Shown here: positions 8,349 through 18,362 of the stretch, one piece after another
How the letters are laid out: each line of letters opens with the position of its first letter
Numbering within the stretch: position 1 is the stretch's first letter
Source: Mobilitalea sp.
GTDB taxonomy: Bacteria > Bacillota > Clostridia > Lachnospirales > Lachnospiraceae
Direction of reading: 5' to 3'
Assembly: GCA_047606065.1 (NCBI GenBank)
Contig: JASGEU010000133.1
Span: 28,905-92,904 of the forward strand
Length of the DNA: 64,000 nt
Made by a program: the position numbers and the translations under genes
The notes under the pieces: model-generated
What the model saw: the letters and a program-made list of their open reading frames with translations, nothing else
The model's database searches: none
What the model was told of the DNA's origin: nothing

Positions 8349-11300
8349 TTAATTATCTGAATTTTGTTGCTGAATTAACAGTTTAAAATCCTCTAATAAT
8401 TTCATCAAATGCTCAAAAACAGCTAAGGCATCCATTTTCCCCTTTGGAGTACCTGGTAATTGATATACGAAATAAGGATTTGCCTGTGGTATCAGCTTCA
8501 ATTTATTCTTATATTTTAATACAAGTTCCGGTATTTTCTCTACCGCAAGCTTCGCTTTCGGATACATCATAAGCTTAACTTCATTCTCTTTATGGACGAG
8601 TCCAACGATATAAACTTTGTTGCAGACAGCCTTAAGTAATGCAATATTCAGCAGGTTGTTTACCGCGTTTGGCAGATCTCCAAATCGATCAACCAACTCT
8701 TCCTGCATATCCATCATTTCTTCCTGATTCTCTATTTCTGCAATACGTTTGTAGATATCCAGCTTTTGAATCTCGTTCTTAATATAGGTGGATGGAATGT
8801 AGGCATCCATGTCCATGTCCACGGTAGTTTCATAGGTCTCTTCGTTAAGATCGTTCCCTTTCATTGCTTTTACGGCTTCGTTAAGCATCTTACAATACAG
8901 ATCATATCCTACTGCTTCCATGTGACCACTTTGTTCTTCTCCCAGCAAATTACCCGCACCTCTGATTTCAAGATCTCTCATTGCTATCTTAAAGCCAGAG
9001 CCCAGTTCGGTGAATTCTTTGATGGCATGGAGTCTCTTCTCCGCAATCTCACGAAGCATCTTATCCCTTTTGTACATTAAAAATGCATACGAGGTCCGAT
9101 TAGAACGCCCTACACGACCTCTTAGCTGATAGAGCTGTGACAAGCCAAGTCTGTCAGCATCATCAATAATTATTGTATTTACATTAGAAATGTCCAAACC
9201 GGTTTCAATAATTGTAGTAGAAACAAGTACATCAATCTCCCCAGAGATAAAGTCAAACATAATCTTCTCCAGGGTATGTTCATTCATCTGCCCATGGGCA
9301 AAGGCAACATTGGCATCGGGAACCAGCTTTGCAACGGTATTAGCAATTTCATCAATGCCATTGACACGGTTATAGACATAATAAACCTGACCTTCCCTGG
9401 CTAATTCTCTGGTGATGGCCTCTCGTATAATTTCTTCATTATGTTCCAGCACATAGGTTTGAATTGGAAGACGGTCCACCGGAGGTTCGTCAAGTACGCT
9501 CATATCACGAATTCCAACCAGACTCATATGCAGAGTTCTGGGAATAGGTGTTGCTGTAAGTGTGAGAACATCCACGTCCTTCTTTAACAGCTTCATCTTT
9601 TCTTTATGTCCTACACCAAAACGCTGCTCTTCATCTATGATTAACAATCCGAGATTCTTAAATTTTACATCCTGTGACAATACTCTATGGGTTCCAACGA
9701 TAATATCCAGGCTTCCTTTTTTAATTCGTTCTATTGTCTTCTTTTGTTCAGCCGCACTTCGAAAACGTGATAACACATCAATACTTACCGGGAAATCCAT
9801 CATTCGCTGAACCAGCGTATTGTAATGCTGTTGTGCGAGGATGGTTGTAGGCACAAGAATAACCACCTGTTTTCCATCGGAAACAGCTTTAAAGGCAGCA
9901 CGAATTGCAATTTCTGTTTTACCATAGCCTACGTCACCACAAATTAGACGATCCATAATACGTTTGCTTTCCATATCCCTTTTGGTAGCCTCAATTGCAT
10001 TTAACTGATCTTCTGTCTCCTCATAGGGAAATGCCTCTTCAAATTCCTTCTGCCATACAGTATCCGCTCCAAACTGAAAGCCAATCTTCTCCTGTCTTTG
10101 GGCATAGAGAGCCACCAAATCCTTTGCCACCTCACGCACTGCACCTTTGACTTTTGATTTGGTATTCTTCCACTCAATAGAATTTAGCTTATTCAGCTTC
10201 GGCTTTCTACCTTCAGAACCAGAATATTTTTGTATCACATCAAGGCCTGTTGCAAGAATATACAACACGCCTCCACCGCCATACTCAATCTTTATATAAT
10301 CCTTTGTTACCTTATCAACTTCTATTTTCTCAATACCTTTATAAATTCCCAGACCGTGGTTTTCATGAACAATATAATCACCAGGTGCCAGGTCAGTAAA
10401 GCTATGAATCTTATTTCCCTCATAAGAGGTTTTCTTTCGCTTCTTCTTTTTCTCTGAACCAAAGATATCGCTTTCCGAGATTACTACCAGCTTAATTAAG
10501 GGGTATTCAAACCCTCGCCTCAGATTGCCGTATGCCACCATAATCTCTCCTGGTTGGAGCACTCGGTCCATATCCTCTGAATAGAAAGCACTCAGATTAT
10601 ATTCTCGAAGATCATCACTCAAACGCATGGCTCTGGATCTTGAACCAGAAAGCAGGACCACTCGATATTTATTCTTCTTCCAACGCTCCAGATCTTTTAC
10701 CAGAACTTCAAAATTCTTGTGATAAGAAGCTACTGTCTGAACTGTGAAGTCGTACTTTCTCTTGGGTGTATAAAAATTATTCTTAACTTCCATGGTACTG
10801 ATAAGAATGGAATTCTTATTTGCCAGAAAGCCCATTGCTTCCTTATAGCTAAAGATTACATCAATTTGTCCCGGAAGAATATATCCCTTCTCAATACGAC
10901 CAATCATACCTTCTCGAAACTCAGTTTCAACCGCTTCTCCCTTTTCCACAAGTCTGCCCGGCTCATCCAGGAAGAACAAAGTTTCTTCTTGATCAAAATA
11001 CTGAAAAAAGCTGACCGTCTGTTCATAAAAATAATTAATATAACTTTCCATGGCTACTGAGCCTTGGTAAGCTTCCAGATTTTCTTTGAATTCACCAATA
11101 ATTTGATGTATTCTCGCTGCTTCCTCGGTTTTAAACTGGTCTCTTAAGCCTTTATAATACTTCTTTTCCTCATCCTCCAGCTTCTGAATACCAGCTTTTC
11201 TTCTTTTATCATCAAGGATGATTTCTGTTGCTGGATATATTGTCAGACCTTCCACCTGTTCAATGGAACGTTGACTGCTGATATCAAAGGTACGAATGGA

Positions 11301-11897
11301 ATCTATTTCATCTCCCCATAACTCGATACGGTAAGGAACCTCTTCGGTTAGTGGGAAAATATCAATGATGCCTCCTCTTACAGCAAAATCCCCTGGGGAC
11401 TCCACCTGTGCCTGTCTTTCATACCCAAGGTGGATTAAAGCAGCACTGAATTCCTGTAATTTAATTACTGACTCCGCAGTAATCTTAATGACTCTTTCCT
11501 TTATCATCTGCAAGGGAAGGATACGATCCATACCGCCTTCCAGCGAAACAATGATTGTCGCAACTTTCTTTTCAATTAACTTACGAAGAACTTTTAAACG
11601 TTCTCTGACAATGGCATTCCCATGAATATCCGCACTATAGAATATGATATCTTTTGAAGGATACAGAAAAACTTCTTTATCATATAGTCTATAATCCTCA
11701 TAGATTTCCTTGGCCTTTAAATCATTATAAGTGACAATTACCTTATATTTAAAGCCTTCACTTAAGCCATGGATTAAGTGGCATTTTTGGGAATCAATAC
11801 AGCCGGTAACTTGTACCGGCAGGGTTCTCGTTATAATGTTCTCCCTGATATCATTAAATTCTTTTAATTCCATCAGGGGTGCGCTGAAGGTTTTCAA
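8349..11897 (-). CDS. mfd: Transcription-repair coupling factor
   Basis: UvrB-like N-terminus, CarD/RID (DYIVHENHGLG), CGDVGYGKTE, DEEQRFG, TATPIPRTL, QLRGRVGRS, TRCF C-terminus. Confidence 0.97.
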   Translation of the reverse strand: MKTFSAPLMELKEFNDIRENIITRTLPVQVTGCIDSQKCHLIHGLSEGFKYKVIVTYNDLKAKEIYEDYRLYDKEVFLYPSKDIIFYSADIHGNAIVRERLKVLRKLIEKKVATIIVSLEGGMDRILPLQMIKERVIKITAESVIKLQEFSAALIHLGYERQAQVESPGDFAVRGGIIDIFPLTEEVPYRIELWGDEIDSIRTFDISSQRSIEQVEGLTIYPATEIILDDKRRKAGIQKLEDEEKKYYKGLRDQFKTEEAARIHQIIGEFKENLEAYQGSVAMESYINYFYEQTVSFFQYFDQEETLFFLDEPGRLVEKGEAVETEFREGMIGRIEKGYILPGQIDVIFSYKEAMGFLANKNSILISTMEVKNNFYTPKRKYDFTVQTVASYHKNFEVLVKDLERWKKNKYRVVLLSGSRSRAMRLSDDLREYNLSAFYSEDMDRVLQPGEIMVAYGNLRRGFEYPLIKLVVISESDIFGSEKKKKRKKTSYEGNKIHSFTDLAPGDYIVHENHGLGIYKGIEKIEVDKVTKDYIKIEYGGGGVLYILATGLDVIQKYSGSEGRKPKLNKLNSIEWKNTKSKVKGAVREVAKDLVALYAQRQEKIGFQFGADTVWQKEFEEAFPYEETEDQLNAIEATKRDMESKRIMDRLICGDVGYGKTEIAIRAAFKAVSDGKQVVILVPTTILAQQHYNTLVQRMMDFPVSIDVLSRFRSAAEQKKTIERIKKGSLDIIVGTHRVLSQDVKFKNLGLLIIDEEQRFGVGHKEKMKLLKKDVDVLTLTATPIPRTLHMSLVGIRDMSVLDEPPVDRLPIQTYVLEHNEEIIREAITRELAREGQVYYVYNRVNGIDEIANTVAKLVPDANVAFAHGQMNEHTLEKIMFDFISGEIDVLVSTTIIETGLDISNVNTIIIDDADRLGLSQLYQLRGRVGRSNRTSYAFLMYKRDKMLREIAEKRLHAIKEFTELGSGFKIAMRDLEIRGAGNLLGEEQSGHMEAVGYDLYCKMLNEAVKAMKGNDLNEETYETTVDMDMDAYIPSTYIKNEIQKLDIYKRIAEIENQEEMMDMQEELVDRFGDLPNAVNNLLNIALLKAVCNKVYIVGLVHKENEVKLMMYPKAKLAVEKIPELVLKYKNKLKLIPQANPYFVYQLPGTPKGKMDALAVFEHLMKLLEDFKLLIQQQNSDN

Positions 11898-11923
11898 AAT
11901 GACGTCCTCCTATTTGAAAACTT

Positions 11924-12490
11924 TTATTTTTTTCTATTATATTGATTCATCGCAGCATCAATCCCTGCCGTGATTATCATTTTGCAAGCATCGGAAGTAT
12001 CTTTCAACGCCTCACGTATCGTTAGTTGTTCTGCTGCCTGAAATCTTGACAGAACATAATCTGCAAGATCCCAATCCTTGGGTTTATCGCCAACCCCCAC
12101 CTTAATTCTTGGAAATTCATCGGTGCCAAGGTGACTAATAATGCTCTTAATTCCATTGTGCCCGCCAGCGCTTCCCTTCTTACGAATTCGAAGCTGACCA
12201 ACTTCCAGACTGATATCATCATAAATAATAATAATTTCACTGGGAGTAACCTTATAAAAATCCATTAACTCACGAACACTCTCTCCGCTTAAGTTCATAT
12301 AAGTAATGGGCTGCGCAAGAACCACTTTTTCCCCTTCAATAGAACCCTTCCCACAGATTGCCTTATGTTTTTTTGTATCCAGCGAAATACGATAATCATC
12401 GGATATTCTGGTAATTGCATCCCATCCAATATTATGCCTTGTTGCCTGATATTTACCAGTTGGATTTCCTAAACCTACTATAATGTACAT
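11924..12490 (-). CDS. pth: Peptidyl-tRNA hydrolase
   Basis: IVGLGNP..Y..TRHNIG, TYMNLSG, GSAGGHNGIKS. Confidence 0.97.
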   Translation of the reverse strand: MYIIVGLGNPTGKYQATRHNIGWDAITRISDDYRISLDTKKHKAICGKGSIEGEKVVLAQPITYMNLSGESVRELMDFYKVTPSEIIIIYDDISLEVGQLRIRKKGSAGGHNGIKSIISHLGTDEFPRIKVGVGDKPKDWDLADYVLSRFQAAEQLTIREALKDTSDACKMIITAGIDAAMNQYNRKK

Positions 12491-12538
12491 AACGAAACCT
12501 TTCTTAATGACACAAACTTACTTAATATTTATTAATAT

Positions 12539-13531
12539 TTAACTGGAGGAAGCAGAAGCCGCAGCAACTGCTGCAGAGGATGCCGCAATAGCTGCCATCT
12601 GTTGTGCGATCATAATGACTGTAACATTATTTGATAATGTCATTTTAACTGCATTCTGTTTTGCATCTTCTAAATATTCTATACATAAAAGTGCAATCGC
12701 AAACATGACTCTCTCATCCTTTGTAATAGACCAAGAACCAAATCCTTTTTTATACTTTAGATACTCATAGAATTCAGCAATCTCATCTGCCAATTGATTG
12801 GTATCCATCTCTAACAGTGCTGCAATACCCAGGAAGGATCGCTCAATTCCACTTCCCAACTTACATTTTCTAATCTTTAAAGCCTGATTCAATTCTATGA
12901 CTCTTTTACATTTTATATTGATGTCTTCTTCACTTATTGTGAGTACCTGTGCTAAGGCCTGGAGTGAATTGGAACTTACAAAATCCTGCTTTAAAATTCT
13001 ATAACAAGCCTCTACTTCATTAACTATATTGTTAATCGGCTTTTCCTGCATAGCTAGAAGTGCTGCAAACCCGTAATCATCCGAGGAGGTTAGAATTTTA
13101 TGCTCTTTTTTCATGGCTTTATAGATGTCTTTTGTAGCCGTTACGATTCTTGTATATTCATGTGGTTCTGCTTGAATTGCAATTGAGGTTGCTGCTAACA
13201 CAAGATATGGCGAGGAATGTAGTCCTTCCTGCTTCAATGCTTCATATACTTTTAGGGTATTCAAAAAGTCCGTCTCCGGTTGATCTTGAAGTGATAGGAT
13301 CACTGAGGTGGTAAAGTTGGTTATATCTTTAAACTGTGAAAAGATACCGGTATTTTCTTTAATTATCTTGCGACCACGATTAATTGCATCAACATTCACT
13401 TTTTTCCCATTCAGTGTATAAAACAATGCACCAAATCTAAGATTGGCCGAGCTATTCCATTTTAATTCCTTTGCCAGATCCTGATAATTCTCTGCAATTA
13501 AATTGCATTTCATACGCAAGGTTTCTTTCAT
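12539..13531 (-). CDS. DUF4003-family protein
   Basis: FSQFK..YLVLAA..MKKEHKILTSSDDY..SNSLQALAQVL and an Ala/Ser-rich C-terminus characteristic of DUF4003. Confidence 0.7.
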   Translation of the reverse strand: MKETLRMKCNLIAENYQDLAKELKWNSSANLRFGALFYTLNGKKVNVDAINRGRKIIKENTGIFSQFKDITNFTTSVILSLQDQPETDFLNTLKVYEALKQEGLHSSPYLVLAATSIAIQAEPHEYTRIVTATKDIYKAMKKEHKILTSSDDYGFAALLAMQEKPINNIVNEVEACYRILKQDFVSSNSLQALAQVLTISEEDINIKCKRVIELNQALKIRKCKLGSGIERSFLGIAALLEMDTNQLADEIAEFYEYLKYKKGFGSWSITKDERVMFAIALLCIEYLEDAKQNAVKMTLSNNVTVIMIAQQMAAIAASSAAVAAASASSS

Positions 13532-13617
13532 AGATACACCCTACCTTTATTATTTTAACTGTTTTATTATAATCCCTGGGAGACTTGATGTAAACTGATA
13601 AATGAAAACATGACGGA

Positions 13618-13650
13618 ACAAAAAAAGCAGCCCTGACGCTGCCGTTTTTG
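13618..13650 (-). terminator. Intrinsic terminator of spoVG
   Basis: GCAGC/GCTGC stem followed by a T7 run on the minus strand. Confidence 0.65.
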
Positions 13651-13667
13651 TACTCTTCTCTTAGTTT

Positions 13668-13946
13668 TTACGCTTGTATTTCTTCTGATTCTAAAGCCGC
13701 AATTTCGTACTTTTCAAGGATAATCTTTTGAATCTTATCTCTTGTGTCCGAATTGATAGGATGAGCAATATCACGATATTCACCGTCTCCAGCTTTTCTG
13801 CTAGGCATAGCAATAAATAAACCTTTATCGCCTTCAATAACCTTGATATCGTGAACTACGAACTCGTTATCAAGTGTAATTGAAACAACTGCCTTCATCT
13901 TGCCTTCCTTACTCACCTTACGTACGCGTACGTCGGTAATTTGCAT
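13668..13946 (-). CDS. spoVG: Septation regulator SpoVG
   Basis: [40 protein letters not shown]. Confidence 0.97.
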   Translation of the reverse strand: MQITDVRVRKVSKEGKMKAVVSITLDNEFVVHDIKVIEGDKGLFIAMPSRKAGDGEYRDIAHPINSDTRDKIQKIILEKYEIAALESEEIQA

Positions 13947-14419
13947 GGAATGATCCCCCTTCTGTCCATATTATCGTTCGTTTTAGCAATGATCAGTACC
14001 AGACTGATTCATATTACAAGTTACAAGTTACCCCACTGAATAATACCTTCAGTTCCCTTACTATTTATTCTTTGTGTTTAGATAGCGCCATTATAACATA
14101 TTTATTACAAAATGTGAATAATATTTACGAAAAAATAACAAATTTTTGCAGATTTCTTACCATTTTCTATTAATTTCACTTCCTTTTTGGCAAGTGGCTT
14201 ACTTTATTTCGTTAATTCCTTATGTTTTCAGGTACGCATACTTTATATTCTGAATATAATGGCTATGAATTCTTACTATCTATTATCGTATCTTTATGCA
14301 CGATTCTGATAACGTAAGGATTTTAATATTGTAATTAATGTTGTAATTTAAGTAAAATGGGTTATAATATCAGTTAGTTATTTGATGAAGATGCTTTACC
14401 GGCATCATGGAGGTTGAAT

Positions 14420-15823
14420 ATGTATAAAATTGATTTTAATAAGCCCTGCCGGATGCACTTTATCGGTATCGGCGGAATAAGCATGAGCGGATTTGCTGAA
14501 TATTTACATACCCTTGGTTTTATTATTAGTGGCTCGGACGCACACCAAAGCAGTATTACCGACCATTTAAGTTCTTTAGGTATTACTTTCTACTTAGGAC
14601 AGAGAGCTTCTAATATAACTTCTGATATCGAAGTTGTTGTATATACAGCGGCTATTTCGGAAGATAACGAGGAATATATGGAAGTGAAACGTCTTAACCT
14701 TCCAATACTTTCCCGTGCTGAAATGATTGGACAGTTAATGCTGAATTATGATAATGCAGTTACTGTATCTGGAACTCATGGTAAAACAACAACTACTTCC
14801 ATGGTTTCACAAGTCTTTATGGATGCTGAATTAGATCCTACCATTTCTGTAGGCGGCATGCTTGATGTCATTGGCGGAAATATTAGAATGGGTAAATCAG
14901 AACACTTTATTATAGAAGCTTGTGAATACACCAACACCTATCATCAGTTTTATCCAAAACGTGCCATCATCTTAAATGTGGATGAGGATCACCTGGACTT
15001 CTTTAAAGATCTTGATGATATTTATCATTCCTTTCATACCTTTGCAACACGAATCCCTAAGGATGGTCAGTTATTTATTAATGGTGAAATTGATCGTTAT
15101 GAAGAGCTTATTAAAGATTTAGATTGTGAAGTATTCTCCTATGGGATTATTGACCCCAAGCACCGTACTTCCACAAAGACATATGACTATGCCGCTGATC
15201 GAATTGAGTTTAGCCGTGAGTGTATCAGCAGCTTTGACTTCTATATAAAGGGAGAATATGTTGACCGCATTGAATTAAATTCAATTGGTGTTCATAATGT
15301 GTCCAATTGTCTTCCTGTTATAGGTCTTGCCCTGCAAGTGGGTGTTCCAATGGAAATAATTAAAAAATCCATGCTATCGTTCCATAATTCAAAACGACGT
15401 TTTGAATATAAAGGGGAAATAGGCGGCGTATCCGTCATAGACGATTATGCACACCATCCCACTGAGGTTGTTGCTACTTTGACAGCAGCGCAAGTTTATC
15501 CCCATAATAAGCTATGGTGTGTGTTCCAACCACATACTTACTCCCGCACAAAACAGCATTTGACGGAATTCGCGGAAGCCTTGTCACATGCTGACAAAAT
15601 CGTGCTTGCAGATATCTATGCGGCACGTGAAAAGAACCCGGGAGACATATCTTCTAAGGATTTACTAAGGGAATTAGAAAAATTAGGTAAGGAAGTTTAT
15701 CATTTTAGTTCCTTTGATGAGATTGAAAACTTTTTATTACAAAATTGTATGAACGGTGACCTGTTGATAACTATGGGCGCCGGAGACATTGTTTCCGTGG
15801 GAGAAAATCTTCTAGGATTGTAG
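14420..15823 (+). CDS. murC: UDP-N-acetylmuramate--L-alanine ligase
   Basis: HFIGIGGISMSG, GTHGKTTTT, EACEY, DDYAHHPTE, VFQPHTYSRT; start moved to the ATG after RBS GGAGG. Confidence 0.97.
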   Translation: MYKIDFNKPCRMHFIGIGGISMSGFAEYLHTLGFIISGSDAHQSSITDHLSSLGITFYLGQRASNITSDIEVVVYTAAISEDNEEYMEVKRLNLPILSRAEMIGQLMLNYDNAVTVSGTHGKTTTTSMVSQVFMDAELDPTISVGGMLDVIGGNIRMGKSEHFIIEACEYTNTYHQFYPKRAIILNVDEDHLDFFKDLDDIYHSFHTFATRIPKDGQLFINGEIDRYEELIKDLDCEVFSYGIIDPKHRTSTKTYDYAADRIEFSRECISSFDFYIKGEYVDRIELNSIGVHNVSNCLPVIGLALQVGVPMEIIKKSMLSFHNSKRRFEYKGEIGGVSVIDDYAHHPTEVVATLTAAQVYPHNKLWCVFQPHTYSRTKQHLTEFAEALSHADKIVLADIYAAREKNPGDISSKDLLRELEKLGKEVYHFSSFDEIENFLLQNCMNGDLLITMGAGDIVSVGENLLGL

Positions 15824-16024
15824 TTATCCACATTATCCACAGTATTATCAACAATTTGGTTGATAACTGCTGTGGATATTTTTTTGTCGAAATTTTATTC
15901 TACAAACATAGTGTTTAGATTTTAACAAGGCTTGATTTTACGTATGTTCTTGTTTATTTTACATTTTTTTACATCATTTGACTTATATTCCATCCACTTT
16001 ATCCACATTATCCACGTTGGATAA
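15824..16024. promoter_or_regulatory. DnaA-box cluster upstream of dnaD
   Basis: Perfect TTATCCACA at 15824, 15833 and 15999; one-mismatch boxes at 15845, 15871 (reverse) and 16008; two-mismatch boxes at 15858 and 16016 (both reverse). Confidence 0.85.
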
Positions 16025-16123
16025 ATATGGCCAAACCCCTGAAAATAGGCTATTTGCAGATGAAATTATCTATGCTATAATGTTGCTGGCATCACTTTGC
16101 CAGCTATATTTAGGAGGGAATTT

Positions 16124-17209
16124 ATGAGTAATATATCATTACATGCTGAAGGCGTATCTGATGTTACTATCGTGCCGAACATCTTCATTGATCAATTTAT
16201 GCCATCTGCAAACGGGGCGTATGTTAAGGTGTATTTATACCTTCTGCGCTGTTTTTTAGGCAACCACCCCGAATTGTCCATTTCCTCCATTGCCGATCGT
16301 TTAGAAGATACGGAGAAGGATATCTTGCGTGCCCTTGCATATTGGGAAAAGCTGCAGCTCCTTACCCTGATTCGTAATGATCAAAAGGATATTATCTCTA
16401 TTCATTTGGTTGATTTAAGTAAATTTCAAAATAGAACTGTACAGCCGGTAATTCCAGCGCCAGAACAGCAAACAGATGAAATTGCAGTCACTGTTGTTAC
16501 AGAGAAAAAACCTGTCTTACGTCAGAATTATTCCCCGGAACAACTTGCACAGCTTGCGAATAATGATGAAATCAATTGGGCCTTACATATTGTTGAAATC
16601 TATCTGGATCGTCCGCTTAAACCCATGGATCTTCAACTTATCCTTTACCTCTATGAGGAATTACACTTTAAGCCCGAGTTGATCATGTTCCTTTATGAAT
16701 ACTGTGTTTCAAAGGGCAAGAAAAATGCTTCTTACATAGAAGCCGTGGCGATTAGCTGGGCAGAGGAAGGTATAGATACCGAGGAAAAGGCAAAGGAAGC
16801 AACAACTGTTTACAACGATCACTTTAATGTTGTCAACAAAGCTTTTGGTCTTAAACGCGCACCCGGTCAAATTGAACGCCAGTACATAACAAAATGGGTT
16901 GAGGTATACGGTTTTACCGATGATATCATAGAGGAAGCCTGTAACCGCACTTTATTAAGGACACAAAAACCGGATTTTAAATATACCGATAAAATCTTAG
17001 AAACCTGGTTTAAGAAAAATGTGAAAACTCAGGCTGACATTGCAAAAGTGGATGAAGATTTTACAAAAGGAAATAAAGCGAGTGAGGCAAGCAAGGTTGC
17101 TGCAATGACAAAACCTGCACCGAACAAGTTTAATCAATTCCCTCAGAGGACTTACACAGCACAAGATTATGCTGAACTGGAAAAGAAGCTTTTGAATAAA
17201 GGCTTATAG
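16124..17209 (+). CDS. dnaD: DnaD/DnaB-domain replication protein
   Basis: N-terminal wHTH (VPNIFIDQFMP.ANG.YVKVYLY) plus two DnaB_2 domains (YIEAVAISWAEEG; YTDKILETWFKKNV); RBS GGAGGG before ATG 16124. Confidence 0.85.
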   Translation: MSNISLHAEGVSDVTIVPNIFIDQFMPSANGAYVKVYLYLLRCFLGNHPELSISSIADRLEDTEKDILRALAYWEKLQLLTLIRNDQKDIISIHLVDLSKFQNRTVQPVIPAPEQQTDEIAVTVVTEKKPVLRQNYSPEQLAQLANNDEINWALHIVEIYLDRPLKPMDLQLILYLYEELHFKPELIMFLYEYCVSKGKKNASYIEAVAISWAEEGIDTEEKAKEATTVYNDHFNVVNKAFGLKRAPGQIERQYITKWVEVYGFTDDIIEEACNRTLLRTQKPDFKYTDKILETWFKKNVKTQADIAKVDEDFTKGNKASEASKVAAMTKPAPNKFNQFPQRTYTAQDYAELEKKLLNKGL

Positions 17210-17261
17210 GTTTCGAATTTTGTGAACCATGCCGTTGAGTATATTAATGGAGGAAAACAAA

Positions 17262-18266
17262 GTGGCATTGAAGAATGAGCAATACAATCAGATATTGCGG
17301 GAATATGACAGCCGTCGTTTAAAAAATAAGCATTTACAGGACAAACGAATAAAAGAAGTATATGATCAAATTCCGGAATTAAAAGCACTGGATGAGGAAA
17401 TAATCAAGGTATCGGCACAGAGTGGTCGCTTAGCTTTAAATGGTGATGATAGTGCTCTTGCAGTTCTTCGAGAGCATTCTCACCAGTTGAAGCAGCAACA
17501 ACAGGAATTGCTGATAAAGCATGATTATTCTGCAGATTATTTGGACATGCCCTATCATTGCAATAAGTGCAAGGATACCGGATATGTTAACAATGAAAAA
17601 TGCAACTGCTTTAAACAGGCTATCTCTGATTTATTGTACTCTGGCTCCAATATTAAAAGCATCCTATCCACTGAGAATTTCAGCAATTTTTCCTTCGCAT
17701 ATTATTCCGATGATTACACGGATGAAACCCTTGGACTTTCACCTCTTTCCAATATGCAAAAAGTAGTTGCCAGCTGTAAGAACTTTATTCGTCATTTTAA
17801 TAAACACAATGAGAACTTGCTTCTGCTTGGCAACACAGGTGTCGGAAAAACCTTTCTTGCAAATTGTATTGCTAAGGAGTTGTTAGATCGCGGCAGCACC
17901 GTAATCTATCTCACTGCCTTTCGCTTATATGATATTCTCGAAAAATATAAATTTAACCGTGATGAAGATTATTCTTATGAAGCTTCTAACCAGTTTGAAT
18001 ACATTCTAACCTGTGATTTACTAATTATTGACGATCTCGGTACCGAGCTTAATAATGCTTTTACAAATTCTCAATTATATCTTATCATAAACGAGCGTTT
18101 ATTAAGACGTAAGTCTACAATAATTTCAACGAATTTGTCCTTAACAAATATCAATACCAATTACGGAGAGCGCATCTTTTCACGTATTGTAAGCAGCTAT
18201 AATATTCATCGTATTATCGGCAAGGACATTCGTCTACATAAGGCGGTCAATAGTACTAATCAATAA
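17262..18266 (+). CDS. DnaC/DnaI-like helicase-loader ATPase
   Basis: Zn motif C.KC.DTGY..C.C, Walker A GNTGVGKT, Walker B LLIIDDLG, ERIFSRI; GTG start after RBS GGAGG. Confidence 0.85.
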   Translation: MALKNEQYNQILREYDSRRLKNKHLQDKRIKEVYDQIPELKALDEEIIKVSAQSGRLALNGDDSALAVLREHSHQLKQQQQELLIKHDYSADYLDMPYHCNKCKDTGYVNNEKCNCFKQAISDLLYSGSNIKSILSTENFSNFSFAYYSDDYTDETLGLSPLSNMQKVVASCKNFIRHFNKHNENLLLLGNTGVGKTFLANCIAKELLDRGSTVIYLTAFRLYDILEKYKFNRDEDYSYEASNQFEYILTCDLLIIDDLGTELNNAFTNSQLYLIINERLLRRKSTIISTNLSLTNINTNYGERIFSRIVSSYNIHRIIGKDIRLHKAVNSTNQ

Positions 18267-18284
18267 TAAATGTCGAAAATCGTC

Positions 18285-18314
18285 TTGACGAAACAATAGT
18301 AATAATGGTATAAC
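18285..18314 (+). promoter_or_regulatory. SigA-type promoter of prs
   Basis: TTGACG-N18-TATAAC with an extended TG. Confidence 0.55.
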
Positions 18315-18362
18315 TTTAATGGCTTTTGAAACCAATTCTTTAAATTCATGGAGGGACATTTC

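Noticed and set aside
15824-16024. DnaA-box cluster as the chromosomal oriC
   Set aside because: No dnaA, dnaN or rpmH nearby and no DnaA-trio array seen; kept as a regulatory cluster instead
16124-18266. DnaD plus DnaC-like pair as a prophage replication module
   Set aside because: Embedded between murC and prs with no phage genes; fits the host primosome
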